Below, one piece after another: positions 25,141-36,639 of a stretch of DNA of 64,000 nt (the stretch's first letter is position 1; every line of letters begins with the position of its first letter). Position numbers and translations under genes: made by a program. The stretch is taken from assembly GCA_002104905.1 (NCBI GenBank), contig MCFE01000078.1, positions 1-64,000 on the forward strand, in the 5' to 3' direction. A model generated the notes under the pieces. The model saw only the letters and a list, made by a program, of their open reading frames with translations. It was not told the DNA's origin and did not search any database. The stretch comes from Basidiobolus meristosporus CBS 931.73. Taxonomy: Eukaryota; Fungi; Basidiobolomycota.

Positions 25141-26917
25141 TTCGAGCCACTTCTATCCTCTGTTCGTTATGACCCGCTGGAGGTGCAAAGGATGAACGAG
25201 ATCCTCAAAAACGATGAGCGCGTTAAAGTGGCAGGCATCGATATAGACGGCGTGCTACGGGAAAAGATCATGGTGAAAGCCAAGTTCTTGTCGATGCTTT
25301 ATGATGGCTTTGGTAGGAGCACACATACTGTGAAGCACGAGTTTAGAACTAACTCTGTCCTACAGGCTTCAGTGGTACTATCTTCGGTTGGGGCGAAAGG
25401 GAGGCATCTTCGCTGGGGTCGGAGTTTGAAGGTTGGTCCATCGTTTTGCCTAGTAAGTAATTCCTCAAACTTAGTCCATTAAAGCATACAGCTACCTCGT
25501 TGCGAAGGTGGATCTCGGTACCTTCCGAAGGATCCCGTGGGAAGAGAATCTTCCTTTCTTCCTAGTGAAATTTTTCACCAAGGAGGGTCAGCCAGTGAGC
25601 GTGTGTCCACGTCACATCCTAGGGAGGATCATTCATGAGTATCACTCGATGGGATTTGAGCCTTTGTGTGGTGTGAAGTACGAGTGGTACAACTATAAAG
25701 GTAAATTTTATCTACCCCCGAGGCCAAGTATTGCCTTCTTACACCCTCGGAAACCATCCTTGAATAGAAACGCCGTACACTTTACGAGAAAAGAATTTTA
25801 AAACCGAGCCGCTAACTTCGGATCTGTTCAATTTGGCATTGGATGATTTTCAGGGGAAAAGAGCGTATTTCAACGAATTGTTTCAGATGCTTCAGAAGTT
25901 CGACTGCCCACTAGAAAGCCTTTGTAGCGAAGTTGGTAAGCTATAAATGACGTATGTCTAGTGCGAAGTAGTGGTTCTGATTGGCCTCTCTATCCGCATT
26001 TGCTTGCTGCATCAGGTCCAGGTCTTTACCAAGGGGCACTTCATTATGGCTCCGCGCTAACAATGGGAGATCGCGCGCAACTGTTTAAGGTTGCAGTGAA
26101 GCAAATAGGGCTGCGCCAGGGCATCATGGCCTCATTCATGGCTAAGCCACATATGAGCATACCAGGATGCTCCGCACGTTTGCATTTCTCCTTGAAAGAT
26201 ATTCGGTCAGGCAAAAATATTTTCTCCAGGCGGAACGAGGTTGGAATACGAGAGCCACCAAGAGACGGTTTGGAGGATATGAGCCAGGTGATGAGTTGGT
26301 TTGTTGCTGGGTTGCTGAGAGGACTGCCCAGTATTTTGGCCATTCTGGCGCCGTATGTGAATAGGTAAGCACTCCGGATTTTCTGAGAGCAAATCGATGG
26401 TTTAGTAATCATTTCCTCAAGCTATAAGAGGTTAGGAGAGAATGAATGGTCGCCAATGATGGTTTCATGGGGGCACGAGAACAGAAATAGCGCCATTCGT
26501 ATCATCAGTTCACAAGCCGACGCTGAGTCTACTAGACTAGAAGTGGTGAGCAATGGTTTTCATGAGCATTATTTTCAATGGCCTAACAGGTTTTCGTAGC
26601 GGGTGTCCGGGGCTGATATGAATCCCCACTTGGCGCTTGCTGCTTTGCTGGCCTGTGGTATTTGGGGAATAAGAAACAAGCTTGCCATTCCGGTTCCTCC
26701 TAGCTCCGGAGTTATTGCCGGTGACTCGAGAGCCGAGAGATTTCCGAAATCGCTCTTGGAGGCAACGCAAAAAATGTTGGAGCCTGGAAGTGTGGCGCGA
26801 GAAGTACTTGGTGACGAATTTATAGATCATTACGGAAGCACACGACTCCATGAATGGAAACTGTGGGAACGAGCTATTACAGACTGGGAAACCAAACGGT
26901 ATTTCGAAATGGTGTGA
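25141..26917 (+). CDS. Glutamine-synthetase-like (GSI / gamma-glutamyl ligase family) protein with substituted metal ligands; 5' end uncertain
   Basis: VKVAGIDIDGVLREK, FGFSGTIFGW, DLGTFRRIPWE, CPR, GPG, ASFMAKP, APYVNSYKRL, WSPMMVSWGHENRNSAIRII, RLEVRVSGADMNPHLALAA, LGDEFIDHYGSTRLHEW..W..AITDWETKRYFE. Several introns; the frame is open upstream of ATG 25192 back to an acceptor at 25140. Confidence 0.9.
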
Positions 26918-28522
26918 TACAGGCAATTTGACATTGAAAAACTCCATCCATCCAATTACATTATTGTGCATGTTCTACATGAGGCCTTCTTGCAACAGCT
27001 TGACTGGTATTTTTGAATCATTTCTCCACTCAGACCAGATATCGACCATTCTTTCAACTTCGATTTTGATTACCACTTTCCCTAATTCTATATACTCATT
27101 TTCTCTATGTATAAACTTTTCAAAGATTTTTGATACGATTCATGACGTTTAATGATTACTGTGTCTTCTTTGTATTGTAGTCGGGGTATCATGCGTATTC
27201 CGAACGCTTTACGCAAATATATAGACCAACAAATCGTGCTGTACTTCTAATATGGAGTAGCCTACTTGCTCCAAAAACGAATACTGTCCTCGAATTGTGT
27301 AATCACTGAAAAGATAGAACCTCATCCCCCCTCAGATTTGTATAACCTTATAGAACTATACAAGTGAAAGATATTGGAAGATTTGGGTCATTTCCTACAT
27401 GTCTCATGTTTCCACAATTCTGAAGAGTTGGCAATTAGGTTTGCAAAATTAACTCCAATATTGTTGTAAAATGTTGACCTGTGTGAAACCACGAAATACA
27501 AATGATGAAGTACTAAGCTGGCTCAAACTAAGATATAGTTGCAGATTCTGTAAGCTATCAAAGGCAAGAATCCAACAGGACAAAAAACAATTACTGGTCG
27601 ATAACGTAATATTAAATATGTAAAGAAAAGGTTCGACTTTGTGGTGTCGTCAGGTATCAAGTCATCCCTACATATACATAAAAGAATATGTACCAGCAAT
27701 CCTCGGAATCGTTGTACTTTAATCACACAAAAATCGGAGCTGCTAGGCTCCTAGTACATAATTTGCCACATATATGGCCCTATCTGAGACTACAACCGGA
27801 CCTGATGTGTCAGTATAATAATACGAGAGTTCACTCTGCATAGTCTTGAAGTGTACTTTTATAATGTCCACAAAATCTTTCAATAGAAGGTGCGCTACAA
27901 TCTCCTGGTCTACCTACAGTAATCATCAAAATTCCATTGTTCATTTTTCATATATGGTATTTGTCGATCAACTCTGATTGAAAGCACAAAGCTGGTTTGT
28001 CAGACAATGAAAGGTTCCGTGATCATTTTTGCAGTAGTTCTATCATGTTCTTTTCAATATCAGTTGGTAAATTCAGTACGCGTTTACCAACCAGATGGGA
28101 TGATCTAAAACCAAGAGATCAGATGGTGCACAGCTCCGGGAGAGGTATGAGCGAAGTGTTTGAATACCTCTAACATCTCTCCGTATCCAATCCTTTTAAC
28201 CCTTGAAGCTTACGCCATGTCCCTGGGTTTGTTAAGAAATACTGGTCTATATATCGTTTCTCCTCTAATAAATTTCTGTTTAATACGCACTTCATGTCTG
28301 GGTAGGATGCGGAGGGGGGTTGGGTTTCTGGCAAATGAAGAATTGGTGTAGTGTAGATTTCTTACGATCGTTTGGCTGATAAATACGCAAATCTACAGAA
28401 TGATTTTTTTTCCACAACTGAATCATTTCCATCAAAATGTGCAAGAGTCATTTCTATTCTAGATGCTTGGTATCCAAGACAGGAAATATCTAGCTTTGTC
28501 CTGTTAGTTACTTAGTTACCTT

Positions 28523-29723
28523 ATGACCATCAGCGGGAACGAAATTAGAAATGAACCCGACGCACCGGTTACCAACATCAAGTTCGTGAATGACCTTTCC
28601 CGCTTACTCATGAAAGAAAAGGGAAGCGTCCTAGTGGAGGAAAAACTTCCGGTTATATTTCTGAACGAACGATTCCTGATAGTTGATAAACCGTAAGTAG
28701 TCCCAACACAGCACAGAAATACAGTTCAATACCTTTGCTCCTCTAGGTGGAAGGAACGGCAGTCCTCAACACCCTGCAAAGACACATGTAGAATTAGACT
28801 CAACGACATCGTTAATAACCCCGGCTCTTTCTGTATCTAGCGCCAATCTGCGTATTGATTGGCCAAACCCGCACAAACCTAGAGCAGGCGAAGTTATACC
28901 AGCGAACGACGAGAACACCCCCGCATTAGAAAGAGAAGTGAACGTATCTGATTTACTTCAGAGCAACTTCCCAGAGCTTTTTCCGAACAAGCATCCCTAC
29001 TTAGTACATCAACTAGACTATGCCACTTCCGGTATACTTTGCTTCGCCCTAAACAAACCCGCCGCCCGGGATATTTCCAAACTGTTCGACCGTAGGTTGA
29101 CAAAGAAAACATATCTGGCCCTGGTTCAAGGGGTTTGGGATGACGACAAAGTACTCGCACACTCGTTCGTTACTCGCGATGCCAAGCCTGGTTGGTTTTA
29201 CATCGATCTCGCTATCGGCAAGAACAGGGAGCATAGAATTGCAATGACCATCGACCCTTCCGAGAGCGATTTATTGAAGGTGATACTTCTAATGATCTAG
29301 CCTACTTACCGTTCACTCATTTATTACGCATCCCAGGAATCGCAAACACGAGTCAAACCATTAATGAGCGGCTACCTTAAGCACCCTTCGAGAGTCCCGG
29401 TGACCTTAGTAAAGCTGAAGCCATTTACCGGACGCACACACCAACTTCGAGTCCATCTTAGAGCAATTGATCATTCAATAGGTACGTCTATATACCCCAT
29501 GGTTCGTCGAGCACCGCTCTTAACAGCATTCTCGCTAGTTGGTGACCTGTTGTACGAAGAGCCCATAATCGATCCATTCCCAGGTAGACTAATGTTGCAT
29601 GCACACAAGCTCCGTCTGCCCTTCCAAAACGATCGACCCATTGTTCTGAATACTAAAAACCCATTCGAGGAATGGCTCGAGCCAATCGATCCCGCAAATA
29701 ACTCCGACCTCGGGCCACAATAA
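28523..29723 (+). CDS. RluA-family RNA pseudouridine synthase, RPUSD1-like
   Basis: VIFLNERFLIVDKP, HPYLVHQLDYATSGILCFAL (catalytic Asp in HQLD), KTYLALVQG, LKPFTGRTHQLRVHL, I(V)GDLLY, LMLHAHKL. Introns after DKP (about 28693-28840), near 29280-29335 and near 29481-29540. Confidence 0.9.
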
Positions 29724-29923
29724 AACCCCTTATCTGCCATTCACAATAGATCTTCTCTCGTGGCCGACAGCACATGCTGTTGCCATAGAAAACATGTAAC
29801 AACAAGGACCCGTTCCACGAAAGAAATGGTTTGAGCGATGGGATGATTGGAGGTATGAGTTGATTTGTGTATTGCAAAAGTGGATACAAATGATGTGTTG
29901 AAATAAAGAGCAACCTGTTAAAC

Positions 29924-30714
29924 TCAGATGGTTCGTTCCTCGAATACGTGTCGATACACACGACCAGGTGCTATCTCTTTTCGGGGGACGCTTCCAAATC
30001 TAGATGGCGGCCACACAATGGTAGACACCTTGGCTGTGATGAGTCCCAATGGTACCTGTGGTTCGTATCGCTTGTTAGGTTGATGTTTTGAATAAACGAA
30101 TGGTCTATTTGACTAACCGGTCCGTATACGTTACTATCTCGGCTATGCATTGGCTCATCCCCTTCAACCCAGCAGTAACCTCTGGGGATGCGAACTAGTG
30201 AACTATCTTCGTTGGGTGGAAATGTGCGTACCAAATCTCCCTCGACAGCAATAATTCTCTTGATCACCGTGCGATTAGGATCGATTGGGGACCTAAGGGG
30301 TGGGGAAATGGAATGTCAGCACAATAAAAAACGGGATACCAAAAGACGTGCTTACTTCAAGGCAACAACATCTCCAGTCGAGTAGTTTCGTCTAGAGGCG
30401 CTCCATTTGTTCAATATCACCTTGTCACGTTTTAATAGATTTGTGTCCGGATTAAAGGTAGGCTAAGGAAATGAGGTTTATTGAAATGGATTAATCGGCC
30501 AAGTTCCAAAACTTATTCACTGAGCATTTGTTGCAATACTGGCTGTCTTTCAACACCACAATCCGAGCAGAAAACAGAATGGTGACTATATGAAATGAAG
30601 TACCTGCATTGAGCGGCCCGAAACTGTAGCGACGCTACATATGTGGTCTAGGAAGAAGATGCTAACTGGCCCCCACTGTACAATTTTGAACAGCACTTGA
30701 CGTATATTCGACAT
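29924..30714 (-). CDS. IMP2: Mitochondrial inner-membrane protease subunit (S26 family), IMP2-like
   Basis: Spliced product: VSGRSMQ-PTFNPD..RDKVILNKW..GDVVALK-SPIDPNRTVIKRIIAVEGD..PRGYCWVEGD..HSRDSNVYGP-VPLGLITAKV..IVWPPSRFG. Catalytic Ser/Lys dyad present. Confidence 0.9.
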
Positions 30715-33700
30715 TGCTTCGTTGCTCTACTCCAACAATTCCTAAATGGAAAAATTCTTTGCTAAATGTATCCAGAATCGGGCGTTTCAAAACTCGTGAT
30801 TTTTCTAAGTATCTGGAAGCAACGGTAGTGGCCTGAGTCATATGATTGGCCAATGAAGCATAGATAGTGGATGGTTGATGGTGCATGCTGTATCTACGCT
30901 GGCATAAACAGTTGGAAGATTTCACTTCGCAGAAACCTGTTGAAGGCGTTGGTATGTTGCCAAACACTCAATACTCCAGAAGATCTCTATTCTGAATTTA
31001 CCTGCACGCCTCCTTCCGCAGATACTCGGTTATATGAGTTCTCACCCTTATAACATATGAAGTATTTGCAGTGATACATTTGAATTTGCTCGCAACTATC
31101 AAACCCGTGCAATTTACAACTCGGTATTTTCTTCTCGAATATCCAAAAATATGAAAGTCAAGTATGAGGAGGTATGGTGTTACTCAGACTTGGCCTAGGC
31201 TAGCTTCTAGCGCTGTCAGTGGTTTGGTTGTGCAATCGCTTGGCAAAACGTGTTGGTTAAGGCGGAGTAGTTTACACGATTCTATCAAGCATGTGGGATA
31301 CAGATGTCACGATGGTTGCTGTACAAAGTAGGAAAGAGTGTATTGGAGTCTCGTTGGAAGTGTACCCACCCACTCCATATGAGGCGAAAGAATGGAATTC
31401 CTATGGATTTTTGAGGGTATATTGCGTCCCAACTCAAACACAAACACTTCTAGGAAAGAGTAATCCAATGGACGGAATCAAAGCCTGGCAGTCATCCCAA
31501 TAATCCCATTGTCAATCGAGTGATCCATATCTTGGCAAATCACTTGAGGCCCTTACAACCCATTCATCATGCCAGATCCGATGGGATGTATGAGGAAATT
31601 ACAGATCTCCAAACCCAAGATCCGGCAGGAATATTCGACTTATACCTACCGAAGTGATACCATGAATTCGTCACTTTTTAAGTTGAGGTATGACACAACA
31701 TTAATTTGCATCCGCGGTTTGCCATATGCGGCCACACACCATCCAAACGCCAGCTCTAATAGGTGTTCACTCTAAAATAACTCAGTAACTTTATAGAATT
31801 CACTCAAGTCAAAAAGTACAAACATTAACAGACTTCAATCAAGGCAGCCTTTAGACATTGCCTGGAGAAATATACATCGAGAAGCAAGTAAAATGACATT
31901 AAACGTGTGGGTATTTATAGATGGACAGCAAGGAGTTGGGGGATCCTGAGGGAGACATGAGATATATCGCACTTGTTGGGATGAGCCAGCATTCCATTAA
32001 AGTGGTAGCTTCTGTTGTGGAGGGGGTGGGCTTGGATTGGTGATATGGCTGTGTCCAGCAAAGAACAGCTCCACCATGGCATCTCTCTCGCTCTGTGAGA
32101 AATGCGGCGTTGCATTGCAAGGGTTGGGTTGAACTTGTGGGGATCGATGCGAGCAGCCTTCTTGGTTTAGACAAGCAGCACAGAGTCTTTTTGAGCTATA
32201 GGGGTTGTTCATTTTCGGTGGAAATGGCTCTTTGGAAGTATCAGGGAATAGCAACTATGAGTTCGGTGTAAGGCGGTCCACACCATTTATACTTTTTCCA
32301 GAGAACAAACTCTAACGGGCCCCTGAACTTGAGTGTGGTGCTCGAATGCGATCCGCAGATCACGCAGGCCAATGAGGAATCGCTTACCCGCAACAGTTAC
32401 ACCACTGCAATTCTATATTTCACTCAATTAAGTGAGGGTAAACCTAGGCAGAGCGCGGTCCCCAAGACTGGTCCCAAAACTGAACAAAATTGAAATTAAG
32501 CCACAAATCAATGGAATCCGTCAATCCGTGGAATGTGAAAATCCACCAGAATATGTACCAGTTGTCAATCTAATGTGGGATTGCCGTATTATGTCCGTAC
32601 GAAAGAGTCCGGTTCGCCCATTGATCAAAAACAATCCCATCGAGACGCAAAGAATGAGCAATATAGTTGGCTCAGGTGTTGGAGCAAATATTTGAAGCTA
32701 GATATAGATCATTGTAGCATCCAACGATAAACATGTCGTCATAGCATGATCCATGCAGTTATTTCTAGGTGACCTGCATCCACAGAGCTAGCCAACTCCA
32801 CCAATGATCAAGGCGGCCCTATGATTAATCAGCGGAATATATGAGAGGCAAGTGTTCCTCTAGAGAATAGGTTTGCGAATTCCCTTGCGGCTGAATTAAT
32901 CGACATTGCACACATTTTCAATGAAAAAGATGGCATCAGGCTAATTAAGACCATTTCGGAATTTGGTTCCAGAATCGCTCATCAAATATATAGATTTACA
33001 ATACACCGGCCCAATAACGAAATTATCCTCTGGCAGGTAACACGTATTGGCTGATGTTGTCATAATGAGATTACTGAAGGGCAAAATCCCGACTTGCCAG
33101 AAACGTGGAAATTTGGGGATGAGCAGCCCACCAGGTGCTGATCATTGGCATGACTGGGTGAGGTAGTAAGGCTGGGCTACTGGTGATGAAATGTGACCAT
33201 ATAAATAAATCACCAAGCCCAATGATTGATGGTGCTGCACCGGCTGTTGGCTGAGCATAAGCTATGTTTTGTCCATGCCAATGGTCTGTCTTATTGCAAC
33301 ATGGGGAGGCTTCGCAGTGAATGATTGATCGAGAGGAGTAGATCGACGCTTTGATCACGAGGCCGTGTCTCGTTTAGGGGACATGAGGTAACCGGCGAGT
33401 GCCTCGGAGTGGGACTGCTTGCCATGTATTTAATGAGAAACGTCGAAAAGCCACATTTATTGGCCAAGAGCGATGAATATAATAACAGCCCATGGAAGAT
33501 CCTGATTTTAATCAACATGACTAAAGTTCTCAATATCCAACTGGAACGCGAACTGGATCGGGTCTCAATCTTGGGTTTGTTTTGTGATTGCAGCACCGGA
33601 CACCTTATTTCACCTTGGCCTATGGCGCTTATCTGTGCGCTCTCCAAGGGTGTTCCTCACATTACCGGCATCCCAGCAACTGCCAGTTATGGTAGTGCAG

Positions 33701-36639
33701 CTTTGTATCCCATTCGAAGCCAGGCAGGGCTGATCCCAGAATACTCCTAAATATACGTAGGTCAGGGAATTTGACAAACTGTAATCCAGAAAACCTTCTG
33801 CGCCATAGAAAGCGGATCAATCATGCATTATCATAAGCAGACCCTCAGTATCGTATCATTCGAAACTTCCGTCATTCCCTGTGAGGATTTCTGCACCCTG
33901 GCATGCCAGTCGTAGACTTCAGCCTGCAATGCTTGGCCCATTCGTTGCGAACTATTTTGTGCCGATGCCTTTCACCTATGGCGTGATGAAAGAGCACAGC
34001 CAGGATTCTCCCACCGTGTGGGTAGCAGATGTAATTGGCTCTGAGTAGCTCAATATAATGAAAACAATACAACAAATGGTTTATGAATCGAATGTTATAT
34101 GCTTTTGGTACAATTGATTGCAGATGATGAGACAGCTTGTCATGTGATATCCATTGAATGTTACATTAGAATTGAATGAGCAGATAATCTCCAATGTCAC
34201 TATCATGGTACACGAGGATTATGGGTCAGTTGATGGCAACATTGAGTTCCAAGATACAATGTAATAAGGCAGCACACCATTGATTCATCTGGCTAAACCT
34301 TTAAACAGCTCCCATTTTAGGTGCATCTGAAAATCAATTTGCGCGTGCTGATGGTGAATGCTCAGGACATATATGAAAATGAATATGTCATAGCGAGGGC
34401 TTTAAAGGTGGATGGATTCATGTATAGGTATATCTTCGATAGCCATAGGATGATCTGCGGACCAATTGCTTGAGACACAATAAAAACAGGATATTCAGCA
34501 TTGTTGAGAGCAGCACAATACCTTGAACGATGTGCTTCATTGGAGCCTCCCTCTCCGCGTATATGTGCTGATAATGATGAGCATCTAAGGCTAGTTTTAA
34601 TGATACTCACACATGATCAATTGGCCAAACTGCAATTTCTAATTTTTACTAATATCTTATACTTATTCCCTCAGATAGGACCATGCCAGGCAAGTTATTA
34701 TTACTCATAATGGCGGGGCTCAATCCCGGAGACAGAGTACCAAATTTGCAATCTACCCAACTACATGGATTGCTTGAAAAAAGTGTTGTACTTCAAGGCC
34801 CTGATCTGACATATATATGCATTTCTATCCATTGTACCATTCAAGAGACAGGTCTATTAGACAACAATCGCGAGCTTTTCTCACCACTTGGAGACCAGTG
34901 TATTAACGCTAGACGATGCCAATTCTCTAGATGTAGTGGCTAACGAGAATAGTTTATGCTATTACAAGAAACACCATTTCTGAAATAAAGATCAACACCA
35001 GGCGCTTCATATTTTTGATGGGACTATACTGTATAATTCATTATAGGGCAATGTTACAGAAAGCCTGGGAAGCATTTCCACCATGATTGGGTTTTCGGAT
35101 GGTTGCCATATACAAAGCCAAGCTTAATGGATAATTTGATGTTAAGCATTTGTAATAGCTGCCAATAACTTTCCTGTCTTGGAGGGTGTCCTTTGGATGG
35201 CGTTATATTAAACACCAGGAGTCGGGAGGCAACATTTCTTGGTATGGAAGTGCCAATATGGACAAATATGAATTTCAGGCGACAATAGAGATAGTCCAGG
35301 CTGGTGCTAGAGGATTTGTTTATATTGGCAAATTGGTTCTATGCATTGAAATATCTGGGATGAACAAACAGAGGCCTAAAAATGCTACACTGAATCTTTA
35401 TATAAGGAAAATACGGTTAGACAAGGCTTCTGACTGCAATAGCATTCTCATTGGGTCACCTAGTATTTGGATTCAGTGTTTCTGATGGTCTCACCTTCAA
35501 GCAAATCCGCATACAAAGGTATTCTACAATATCGCATAAATACACTGACTTCAAAGTACCAATACCTATGCAGAAAAGTATACATTGACCGTTAGGACGT
35601 GCGTGCTGTTTGCAACACCACATGATTATCTCCCCCAAGATTCGAATTGACATTTAAAGTAAGGGAAGCGAGTGAAGTACCATGGGCAATTATTAAACCG
35701 GCGCCATCCTGATGGTGAAAATTTTGTGTGCAACACACATGGACAAATTGGTTTTTGGAGAACAGGCTTTACATAATCGGCTAGTTTGGGGACACCACCG
35801 AATTGTATGTTGGAGCCAATAAGTATTACAAGAGTACAAATTTCTCCACCTAGCAGCAAAGGGCCCTGGACCAAGGACCTACGAAAAGATGTACTAATGA
35901 GCATACAGGGGTCACCATCAACCTAACGAGTCTTTATGCTACCTGCAGATGACTCTATTTAGTCTCTTATCGATGAGATATGATGCGGTGTTGCTCCAAT
36001 AGCCGAGCAAAGGCACCCAGCAAGATGATATATAATGATTAAGGGTGTGATCCACACGTATCCGTACCATTCGCTGTACATCAGCCGTTTCCAGAAAGCC
36101 TCTTTGCAGTGGTCTTTGAGGTCCAAAGGAGCAATAAAATAACTAGTGGAGCTAAGACATTGTTCAGTCAATTCATAATAGCCCCACCATTCATTATTCA
36201 CAAACTGTTTCAATTTCTCGCTATCTCCAATCTCAACCGGAACCTACCTAGCTAGTAATGGGTATGTGCTACATAGCAGTATACACAGTGTACTCATAAA
36301 ATCAAAAATAAATCTTGTGATATTTATAGTAACTAATCATCTGGTATGCCAGTCATGAATACGTACACTTGGTGATAAGCTGATTCGGGGTTCTCAGGTT
36401 ATGGCAAGAGTGTCGTCTTGCTACTTGGCCACAAGGTTACTGCCATTCCCAAAATGGAGTAGTTTGTAATGTGATTTTGATCTATGTCAATCTTTTGGTA
36501 AACGATATTGGAATGACCAATCGTAATGTAATACATGTGAGTAAATAGAGGGGCATTGCATATATAAGCAACGCACTGTAGCGAGCACCTTGGGTATAGA
36601 TCACATTTACTACGTCTCATTTCTATCCGTCCCACGAAG

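Noticed and set aside
28741-28840. Alternative upstream acceptor in the first intron of the pseudouridine synthase gene
   Set aside because: Using it leads to an in-frame stop at the downstream acceptor; there is no evidence it is used.
33071-33400. GQNIAY / VGCS words resembling a CAP/PR-1 domain remnant
   Set aside because: The motifs fall in different frames with stops; the match is too short to distinguish from chance without an HMM search.
35186-36213. Kinase-like words (AGARGFVYIGKL on plus; IISHR and PKLADY on minus)
   Set aside because: The fragments lie on opposite strands and in inconsistent order.
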